Source: Octopus bimaculoides
Lineage: Eukaryota
Direction: 5' to 3'
Length of the DNA: 33,259 bases
Assembly (NCBI RefSeq): GCF_001194135.2
Contig: NC_068988.1
Coordinates: 95,257,425 to 95,290,683 of the forward strand
The translations under genes and the position numbers were made by a program. The notes beneath the pieces are model-generated. The model made no database searches, was not told the DNA's origin, and saw only the letters and a program-made list of their open reading frames with translations. Positions 23,760 to 33,259 of this stretch are shown here, piece after piece. Within the stretch, counting starts at the first letter, position 1. Each line of letters starts with the position of its first letter.

Positions 23760-25339
23760 TTATGTAACCCGTACGTAGAAATATGATTATACGTGTAGAA
23801 AGAAGATTAATTTTCTCTGCTATATTTGATTTGGTCAAACTAAAAGATACAAAAAAGTGTCGATTTGTTCATTATCCTGAATTTCTTCGTTATTTTGTTT
23901 CGTGTTTCTCTGTATAATTTTACAACTGGAAAATACTATAAAAAATAAATGTAAGAAGGAACTTCTTCAGATAAGTTTCCAGGCAGCCAGTTGCGCAAGC
24001 CTGTGGGAATACGTAGATACGTGAGAGAGTATTAAAAAAAATGATTTATGTTACAAGCAAATGGATTTCTAATATGATAAGGTGGGGCACATAAATACAC
24101 ACGCACACACACACACATACACACGCATGCATGCACACACGGACATATAAGTATATGGTAACATACGCATATATGTATATGTATATAGTTGCACGTAAAT
24201 TGTGTAATTCGATATGTGTGAGTGCGTGTGTGAGCGCGTGCATTTCTTTGTGTATGTAAAGACATATATCTATAAACATAATTAAATATATATATATATA
24301 TATATATANNNNNNNNNNNNNNNNNNNNNNNNNNNNNNNNNNNNNNNNNNNNNNNNNNNNNNNNNNNNNNNNNNNNNNNNNNNNNNNNNNNNNNNNNNNN
24401 NNNNNNNNNNNNNNNNNNNNNNNNNNNNNNNNNNNNNNNNNNNNNNNNNNNNNNNNNNNNNNNNNNNNNNNNNNNNNNNNNNNNNNNNNNNNNNNNNNNN
24501 NNNNNNNNNNNNNNNNNNNNNNNNNNNNNNNNNNNNNNNNNNNNNNNNNNNNNNNNNNNNNNNNNNNNNNNNNNNNNNNNNNNNNNNNNNNNNNNNNNNN
24601 NNNNNNNNNNNNNNNNNNNNNNNNNNNNNNNNNNNNNNNNNNNNNNNNNNNNNNNNNNNNNNNNNNNNNNNNNNNNNNNNNNNNNNNNNNNNNNNNNNNN
24701 NNNNNNNNNNNNNNNNNNNNNNNNNNNNNNNNNNNNNNNNNNNNNNNNNNNNNNNNNNNNNNNNNNNNNNNNNNNNNNNNNNNNNNNNNNNNNNNNNNNN
24801 NNNNNNNNNNNNNNNNNNNNNNNNNNNNNNNNNNNNNNNNNNNNNNNNNNNNNNNNNNNNNNNNNNNNNNNNNNNNNNNNNNNNNNNNNNNNNNNNNNNN
24901 NNNNNNNNNNNNNNNNNNNNNNNNNNNNNNNNNNNNNNNNNNNNNNNNNNNNNNNNNNNNNNNNNNNNNNNNNNNNNNNNNNNNNNNNNNNNNNNNNNNN
25001 NNNNNNNNNNNNNNNNNNNNNNNNNNNNNNNNNNNNNNNNNNNNNNNNNNNNNNNNNNNNNNNNNNNNNNNNNNNNNNNNNNNNNNNNNNNNNNNNNNNN
25101 NNNNNNNNNNNNNNNNNNNNNNNNNNNNNNNNNNNNNNNNNNNNNNNNNNNNNNNNNNNNNNNNNNNNNNNNNNNNNNNNNNNNNNNNNNNNNNNNNNNN
25201 NNNNNNNNNNNNNNNNNNNNNNNNNNNNNNNNNNNNNNNNNNNNNNNNNNNNNNNNNNNNNNNNNNNNNNNNNNNNNNNNNNNNNNNNNNNNTATAAGTA
25301 TTTATACATGAATATATATATATACATATAATCTGTACT

Positions 25340-25534
25340 GTTGGCGCAAGAAAACCTCGTAAGCTTCGATGTGCGAAATAGTCGATTATGTTAACCCCAG
25401 TACTAAACTGGTACGTATTTCGTTGTCCCCGAAAGGATACAAGGTGAAGTTGACCTTGGTAGAATTTGAAATCATGCCGTAAAAACGGACGAAATGTCGG
25501 TAATCATTTTGTCCGGTGTGCCAACGATTCTTCC
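25340..25534 (-). mobile_element. SINE family A copy with intact head
   Basis: Reverse complement GGAAGAATCGTTGGCACACCGGACAAAATGATTACCGACATTTCGTCCGTTTTTACGGCATGATTTCAAATTCTACCAAGGTCAAC..CCTTTCGGGGACAACGAAATACGTACCAG. Confidence 0.85.
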
Positions 25535-25586
25535 TGTTATGTATTATAATGTAATATATGTCATTAAATCATATTATACTATGTTT

Positions 25587-25648
<62 letters not shown>

Positions 25649-25683
25649 TGTGTGTGTACGTGTGTGTTTGTATGTGTGCACGC

Positions 25684-25731
<48 letters not shown>

Positions 25732-26276
25732 CTGATTTAAAAGCAGCAGAAATATCACAGAAACTTAGATCTTCCAGTTCCCGTTCGTCGGACAGTTTTG
25801 TTATATCATTGTTGTTTTTTAATAAAGCATATTACTCCACCTCTGGTATTTGAGTACTCTTTTCCCACCTTGTTTCTTTAGTCATTGCGCGGTGATCACT
25901 TATAAGCTTTTAGCTGATATAAATACTATTATTATTATTATCATTATATATAAATGTGTGTAGCGGTTAGGTAACACTGAATATTGTATCGAAGCAAAGC
26001 AAATATATGTTAATAATTTTAATTATCCTACTGTCCGGATTTATGCTGTTTAAAACTATTTACCTCCTTTAATAGACGCTATGAGATGAGAAAATAAATA
26101 TTATCTCAAGTTATAAATACAGTCATGCAGATTTCGGTATCCAAACATGTTTGGGTTGTATATTAGGTAATTAGTGTTATTAGATACAGAAGGAGGGCGG
26201 CTATGTCCACCGGGGGCAAGCGTCGACAAACTAAGGAAATGACCAGCAGAAGTTCCCTGTATTCTTTAATATCTGC

Positions 26277-26316
26277 ACATCAGTAATTACATCAGTAATT
26301 ACATCAGTAAATACAT
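26277..26316. repeat. 12 bp tandem repeat (ACATCAGTAATT) x3.3
   Basis: ACATCAGTAATT ACATCAGTAATT ACATCAGTAAAT ACAT. Confidence 0.95.
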
Positions 26317-26465
26317 TCTCATTTCACAGGAAGTAATTTTGTAATATTTTTTATATATACGAGTATACACATATGTACATAGCACATTTGCACATTTTTC
26401 ATATAAATATATACGTGTGTGCGTGTGTGCGTGTGTGTGATAGTGTGTGTGTGAGCGTATGTATA

Positions 26466-26501
<36 letters not shown>

Positions 26502-26512
26502 TGTATGTATGT

Positions 26513-26546
<34 letters not shown>

Positions 26547-27014
26547 TTGCATGTACATATATACATATAACACACATATCCATATATATATATGTGCGTA
26601 TATAGATATATGTATATATTTACATATTTCANNNNNNNNNNNNNNNNNNNNNNNNNNNNNNNNNNNNNNNNNNNNNNNNNNNNNNNNNNNNNNNNNNNNN
26701 NNNNNNNNNNNNNNNNNNNNNNNNNNNNNNNTGTAGTTATATCTATATATATATATCTACATATATATATACATACGTTCAATATCCGTTTATCCGTTTG
26801 AAGTTACAGACTGACTCAAGGTCCGAGAGTTTTGTGCGAAATTCAGCCCGTTATTAATGAAAAGCAGATAAATACTAAAGTTGTGAATTCCATTTTACTA
26901 TTTGCCTCGCGGAATATATAGCAGATATGGAGATATAAATATATGTGTATAGAATTATTTGTATATGAATGTGTGTGATATATGTGTCTGGGTACACATA
27001 ACTAAATATGGCAT

Positions 27015-27170
27015 GTAGGGATATTAGCCACTTGTATTCGGGTACATTTCAGGCACCAACAACTCCTTACTTGAACAGGCTGTGACACAAAACTTCGTTT
27101 AAAAGTGACTTCACATACCCTCCCAAGTGGTATTATTAAGGTAGACGATCTTTGACCGAAACATCGGTCA
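27015..27170 (+). mobile_element. CR1-group LINE extreme 3' end (older copy)
   Basis: ..GYISGTNNSLLEQAVTQNFV* and tail CAAGTGGTATTATTAAGGTAGACGATCTTTGACCGAAACAT, homologous to 27831-28060. Confidence 0.65.
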
Positions 27171-27377
27171 TATATATATATATATATATATATACATANN
27201 NNNNNNNNNNNNNNNNNNNNNNNNNNNNNNNNNNNNNNNNNNNNNNNNNNNNNNNNNNNNNNNNNNNNNNNNNNNNNNNNNNNNNNNNNNNNNNNNNNNN
27301 NNNNNNNNNNNNNNNNNNNNNNNNNNNNNNNNNNNNNNNNNNNNNNNNNNNNNNNNNNNNNNNNNNNNNNNNNNNNN

Positions 27378-27424
<47 letters not shown>

Positions 27425-27491
27425 CATATATATATATGTATCAATAATACGTATGTATATATATGTATGTATGTATATATATATATAAATA

Positions 27492-27526
<35 letters not shown>

Positions 27527-27551
27527 ATATGCACATATATACATATTTATG

Positions 27552-27586
<35 letters not shown>

Positions 27587-27694
27587 ATACATAGATAGAT
27601 AGATATGCGTGTATAATATACACATTTGTATTTACTTACGTCTGCATCCATATACACGCATATGTATGTTTGTGTGTATTATGCGCGTATATGC

Positions 27695-27737
<43 letters not shown>

Positions 27738-27830
27738 TGTGTGTATGTGTGTGCGTGGGTGCACATATATATTTGTATATCTGTATCCATACACAGATAT
27801 ATATCTATGTATTTGTACATGTATGTCCGT

Positions 27831-28059
27831 AAAAGGATCCTATCACTTTTAAACGGAGTCTGGACAGATTTTTTCAAGGAATAGCAGACAAGCCACCCAT
27901 ACCTGGATACAACTCACTCACCAAGAACTCACTACTTGAATGGACCATAAACAAAACTTGACTTAAAAAGGATTTTGATAATCCTATCAGGTGGTTCTAT
28001 TAAGTTAGACGCGGCCTGGAACAATCTTTGGTCGAAACATATCGAAGTTTATCTAAGTT

Positions 28060-28060
<1 letters not shown>
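27831..28060 (+). mobile_element. CR1-group LINE extreme 3' end (5'-truncated)
   Basis: KDPITFKRSLDRFFQGIADKPPIPGYNSLTKNSLLEWTINKT* (stop 27959-27961) fits the FK..LD.FL..IPD.P...GY....NSL C-terminus of CR1-group ORF2; short 3' UTR ending in the tandem 10-mer ATCGAAGTTT ATCTAAGTTT. Confidence 0.75.
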
Positions 28061-28095
<35 letters not shown>

Positions 28096-29465
28096 TATAT
28101 NNNNNNNNNNNNNNNNNNNNNNNNNNNNNNNNNNNNNNNNNNNNNNNNNNNNNNNNNNNNNNNNNNNNNNNNNNNNNNNNNNNNNNNNNNNNNNNNNNNN
28201 NNNNNNNNNNNNNNNNNNNNNNNNNNNNNNNNNNNNNNNNNNNNNNNNNNNNNNNNNNNNNNNNNNNNNNNNNNNNNNNNNNNNNNNNNNNNNNNNNNNN
28301 NNNNNNNNNNNNNNNNNNNNNNNNNNNNNNNNNNNNNNNNNNNNNNNNNNNNNNNNNNNNNNNNNNNNNNNNNNNNNNNNNNNNNNNNNNNNNNNNNNNN
28401 NNNNNNNNNNNNNNNNNNNNNNNNNNNNNNNNNNNNNNNNNNNNNNNNNNNNNNNNNNNNNNNNNNNNNNNNNNNNNNNNNNNNNNNNNNNNNNNNNNNN
28501 NNNNNNNNNNNNNNNNNNNNNNNNNNNNNNNNNNNNNNNNNNNNNNNNNNNNNNNNNNNNNNNNNNNNNNNNNNNNNNNNNNNNNNNNNNNNNNNNNNNN
28601 NNNNNNNNNNNNNNNNNNNNNNNNNNNNNNNNNNNNNNNNNNNNNNNNNNNNNNNNNNNNNNNNNNNNNNNNNNNNNNNNNNNNNNNNNNNNNNNNNNNN
28701 NNNNNNNNNNNNNNNNNNNNNNNNNNNNNNNNNNNNNNNNNNNNNNNNNNNNNNNNNNNNNNNNNNNNNNNNNNNNNNNNNNNNNNNNNNNNNNNNNNNN
28801 NNNNNNNNNNNNNNNNNNNNNNNNNNNNNNNNNNNNNNNNNNNNNNNNNNNNNNNNNATATATATATATATATATATACATATATATAAGTTTTATATGG
28901 GCGTATAATTTTATGTGCATGCATTCGTGTACACGCTCACCTTGGTGTCTTTATTTACAGTTTCCGTTGTTACGGATTTCGTGCGTTACCCTCAAAGTCA
29001 AACCAATACTATACGTCGATTCGATCTGCGTTCGGTATATTTAGATGAGGGATTGCTTAATATTGCTTATTGACAACAAACTTTCTTTTTTAACTTTCAT
29101 ATTCACGTAAGGGTTTTCAATGCGCATAAGCATGTGCAGATACACATATACACTAAGATACACATGCACGCACGCCCACACTCACACACACACACAAACA
29201 CACACACAAACACACACACACAGGTACACTATGATAATAATGCACGTATCTATTTCCGGGTGATGTGTGAGAATGTAGGCGAGTGCGTGTGTATGTGAAT
29301 GTGTGTCTGAATGCCTGTAGCACACGCCTATACACTTAGGGGTGGTTGTCGGAAAGTAGTGTGCTCTTGAGGAGGGAATACATACAGGTTATTATAAGAT
29401 TAACAGCATTGATTTACACTTTGCCTGTGCTCATAATTACTCATATGCAAAGGGTGCCCTAAACA

Positions 29466-29501
<36 letters not shown>

Positions 29502-29861
29502 NNNNNNNNNNNNNNNNNNNNNNNNNNNNNNNNNNNNNNNNNNNNNNNNNNNNNNNNNNNNNNNNNNNNNNNNNNNNNNNNNNNNNNNNNNNNNNNNNNN
29601 NNNNNNNNNNNNNNNNNNNNNNNNNNNNNNNNNNNNNNNNNNNNNNNNNNNNNNNNNNNNNNNNNNNNNNNNNNNNNNNNNNNNNNNNNNNNNNNNNNNN
29701 NNNNNNNNNNNNNNNNNNNNNNNNNNNNNNNNNNNNNNNNNNNNNNNNNNNNNNNNNNNNNNNNNNNNNNNNNNNNNNNNNNNNNNNNNNNNNNNNNNNN
29801 NNNNNNNNNNNNNNNNNNNNNNNNNNNNNNNNNNNNNNNNNNNNNNNNNNNNNNNNNNNNN

Positions 29862-29901
<40 letters not shown>

Positions 29902-30429
29902 TGTGTGTATATGTGTGTGTGTGTATGTATGTGTGTGTGTGTGTGTGTGCATGTATTATATGTATGTATGTATGTACTATATATATATATATATGTATGT
30001 ATGTACTATGTATATATGTATATATGTATGTTTGTATTATATTTATCTCGAATTTCTTAGAAATATACTCTCCAATTATATACCTCAATTTTACCATATT
30101 TCACAATTTTTTTTTTTAATTTAATTTTATTTTAATGCTTATTTTATTTCATTTTTATATTCAATTGTCATCTCATTTTTCCCTTGTTATCCACTGTCCC
30201 TGTCATTCTTTTCAATTATCTCTCTCTCGCTCTTCCAGCTCTCACTCCTTCTCCCTGATTGTATTGAGACGACGCAAGTGAATATATTTGTCTTTCTCTC
30301 TAAAAGCCTCTAAAACCCATAGAAGTCACGTAGAAAATCACACGTGTGCAATTGCAACGGTTACTAATCGATGCAGTAGAAACACGTGTAGGTCTGTCTA
30401 AAGCTGTATTTATACAGACAAGCTTGCAG

Positions 30430-30436
30430 GACGGAC

Positions 30437-30486
<50 letters not shown>

Positions 30487-30565
30487 TCTGGCTGACTGAC
30501 GGACGGACGGACGTACGGACGGACGGACGGACGTACGGACGGACGAACAGGTGGATGGATGGAAG
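30430..30565. repeat. (AGAT)n-(GACT)-(GGAC)n-(GGAT)n graded tetranucleotide array
   Basis: Seen directly. Confidence 0.94.
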
Positions 30566-31094
30566 GTTGGATAATTGGCGACATGTACACATATCTGTCG
30601 TCTTGTTTGTCAGGAAATTGTGTAAGCGGTTGTCTGTACTCTACGCATGCAATTTCTGTTTGTGTTCCTATAATACAAATATTGAAATGAAATTCAAATG
30701 GAAGTAAAAATATTAATAACATTTAAATGTTATGTCAGCTATTAACATGAGATTTCATAATGAATATGTTGCACAGAAGTCACTTCAGATAGGCGACATA
30801 CATATATTACAATTGATTAACATATATCCGTGTTTGGGTGTGTATGTGTGTTTGTGTGTGTGTGTTTCGATGTGTGTCAATGTGTATGATCAGCATTTGC
30901 TGCCTACCATTATAAACATAATGAATTCAATGCAGTTTATGTGGGGTGCTTAAGTGCATGTCCCACCTGCACCACAGCACTGCAATCTCATTGCTCACGC
31001 ATGCACAATCGTACGGTAAACAATGAGGGAGTTTATGCTTCAATACGCGGCCGTTCGACCCTCCTAAATATAAAGAACAACTCACCATCAAAAC

Positions 31095-31262
31095 AAATGT
31101 AACTGCCTTACCGAAAAATTCATTAGACCATGTCGTTTTGGGTTCAATCCCATTGCGTGGCACCTTGTGCAACTGTCTTCAACCATAGCTCCGGGCCGAC
31201 CAAAACATTGGGAATGAATTTGGTTGACGGAAACTGTATGGAAGCTCGCTTTATATATATAT
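31095..31262 (+). mobile_element. SINE family B, 5' half, running into (TA)n and a gap
   Basis: B-box GGGTTCAATCCC (31140-31151), CACCTTGTGCAACTGTCTTC..GGGCCGACCAAAAC..GACGGAAACTG..GAAGC then TA run; matches 14820-14932. Confidence 0.85.
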
Positions 31263-31814
31263 NNNNNNNNNNNNNNNNNNNNNNNNNNNNNNNNNNNNNN
31301 NNNNNNNNNNNNNNNNNNNNNNNNNNNNNNNNNNNNNNNNNNNNNNNNNNNNNNNNNNNNNNNNNNNNNNNNNNNNNNNNNNNNNNNNNNNNNNNNNNNN
31401 NNNNNNNNNNNNNNNNNNNNNNNNNNNNNNNNNNNNNNNNNNNNNNNNNNNNNNNNNNNNNNNNNNNNNNNNNNNNNNNNNNNNNNNNNNNNNNNNNNNN
31501 NNNNNNNNNNNNNNNNNNNNNNNNNNNNNNNNNNNNNNNNNNNNNNNNNNNNNNNNNNNNNNNNNNNNNNNNNNNNNNNNNNNNNNNNNNNNNNNNNNNN
31601 NNNNNNNNNNNNNNNNNNNNNNNNNNNNNNNNNNNNNNNNNNNNNNNNNNNNNNNNNNNNNNNNNNNNNNNNNNNNNNNNNNNNNNNNNNNNNNNNNNNN
31701 NNNNNNNNNNNNNNNNNNNNNNNNNNNNNNNNNNNNNNNNNNNNNNNNNNNNNNNNNNNNNNNNNNNNNNNNNNNNNNNNNNNNNNNNNNNNNNNNNNNN
31801 NNNNNNNNNNNNNN

Positions 31815-31864
<50 letters not shown>

Positions 31865-31944
31865 CACACACACACATATATATATGTATGTATGTATGTG
31901 CGTATGTATGTATGTATGTATGTATGTACAAGTGGTATAATTAT

Positions 31945-32262
31945 GACTGCTACTCCGTCGGTTACGATGTTGCGTGTTGCAGTTGATCCAATCAACAGAA
32001 CAGCCTGCTCATGAAATTAACGTGCAAGTGGCTGAACACCCCACAGTCAGAGGTACTCTTAACGTACTTCTCAGGGAGATTTAACGTGACACAGAATGTG
32101 ACAAGGCTCACCCTTTGAATTACAGGTACTACTCATATTTTGCCAGCTGATTGGACTGGAGCAAAGTTAAATAAAGAGTCTTGCTGAAGGGCTACAACGC
32201 ATCGCCTGAAGCCGAACGCACAACCGTGAGCCAAATGCTGTAACCAATAAGCCATGCGCCTT
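31945..32262 (-). mobile_element. tRNA-derived SINE family C, near full length
   Basis: Reverse complement begins GGCGCATGGCTTATTGGTTA (A-box-like), degenerate B-box, then GCCCTTCAGCAAGACTCTTTATTTAACTTTGCTCCAGTCCAATCAGCTGGCAAAA, resembling the shared central (CORE/Meta-type) domain of SINE superfamilies; the domain name is inference. Confidence 0.75.
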
Positions 32263-32402
32263 CTTAATAGTAGAGTTCATTATTTTTAATTCACTGTGGT
32301 TCATTGTGTCCTATTCAGTGTCTGTCTTTGTCAAATAAGTTTTACAAGTGTGTGCTGTTTATCGATCATTCTATATCCTCCACCGAGTTGCAATGTGTTA
32401 CC

Positions 32403-32582
32403 AATAATGATTATTATTATTTCTTTACTCTAGGCACAAGGCCCGAAATTTTTCGGAAGGAAACCAGTCGATTAGATCGACCCCATTACGCAACTAGTAC
32501 TTAATTTATCGACCCCGAAAGATGAAAGGCAAAGTCGACCTCGGCGGAATTTGAACTCAGAACGTAACACAGACGAAATACC
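32403..32582 (-). mobile_element. SINE family A copy lacking its A-box end, abutting the LINE 3' end
   Basis: Reverse complement GGTATTTCGTCTGTGTTACGTTCTGAGTTCAAATTCCGCCGAGGTCGACTTTGCCTTTCATCTTTCGGGGTCGATAAATTAAGTACTAG...GGCCTTGTGCCTAGAGTAAAGAAATAATAATAAT. Confidence 0.93.
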
Positions 32583-33259
32583 AATTTCTTTATTGCCCAC
32601 AGGGGGCTAAACATAGAATGGTACAAAACAACTGATTGGGATCAGTAATGCGAATGGTTTACATGAAATATGACTTTAAAAATTTTATAAAATATAAAAA
32701 ATCGAATGATATTTTAACAGTACGTTAGACAACACAAATGAAGCAATGATCAGGCCACGCTCCGACCCCACAAGCCCCGATCTATCGCTGGCACCTTTTT
32801 TTTTTCTGACTATTCACACGGTTCCTTGCACGCACAACACTCGTGCAACATGCTTCCATCTCTTTTGGAACGTACACTCCGACAGACATCTCCTCTCCAG
32901 CCACACTTTCCTTTTCAAATGAAAAGTAAAAAATGAACATAAATTGTGGCCAGAGATAAAGTTGCCTGTCTTAATTCCTTTTATCCTCGTCTTCCATACT
33001 GCCTCTTTCGCTATTGCTACAACCGTGAGAAAACAATTCTTACCTTCGTTTGTTAAAACTCCTGGTGGGTCAATTTTTTATAATTGACTCAGTCGACAGC
33101 TGTACTCTTCCTTCGCCGGACAGCATAAGCCCACATTTCAGATATCTCCGGACACTGAACAATAGCGTGAGGGACGGTTTCCCTGTCTCTCCCGCATCTT
33201 GGACAGGTCGGCGACTGACGCTTACCGTGTCTTGCAAGCTTATCCCAAACGGGCAAGGC
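32583..33259 (-). mobile_element. L1/Tx1-clade non-LTR retrotransposon 3' portion (ORF2 C-terminus and 3' UTR), continues beyond the window
   Basis: Minus strand ALPVWDKLARHGKRQSPTCPRCGRDRETVPHAIVQCPEISEMWAY with a C-x2-C-x8-H-x4-C knuckle (33152-33205), typical of L1/Tx1 ORF2; after two frameshifts ..GRVQLSTESIIK/IDPPGVLTNEGKNCFLTVVAIAKEAVWKTRIKGIKTGNFISGHNLCSFFTFHLKRKVWLERRCLSECTFQKRWKHVARVLCVQGTV* (stop 32814-32816); about 230 bp 3' UTR with AATAAA at 32589-32594. Tx1 rather than other L1 is inference. Confidence 0.85.

Noticed and set aside
29322-29470. Possible small TIR element (TTAGGGG... / ...CCCTAAA)
   Set aside because: Only about 6-7 bp of inverted match and no TSD.

Overview
AT-rich animal (metazoan) draft-genome DNA with 13 N-gaps totalling about 5.9 kb (about 18%) and a very high microsatellite load. 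The SINE families and repeat landscape look like Octopus/cephalopod DNA (inference from pattern recognition, not a search). No host protein-coding gene, true tRNA/rRNA gene or CRISPR array is supported; nearly all listed ORFs are microsatellite or N artefacts. Much of the non-microsatellite sequence is decayed mobile DNA: four IS630-Tc1-mariner remnants (a Tc1-like copy with D35E spacing, two DD37D/maT-like copies, one possible DD41D-like 3' end), a 1.47 kb Helitron deletion derivative with both termini, three MITE-like elements (one nested in a mariner with a recoverable empty site), three tRNA-derived SINE families (locally named A, B, C), two CR1-group LINE 3' ends, and the 3' end of an L1/Tx1-clade LINE running off the right edge. 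The best lead is that the Tx1-like LINE's 3' end joins directly to a SINE-A copy inside its Pol III head, suggesting a SINE-targeting retrotransposon. A few candidate small exons are reported at low confidence.
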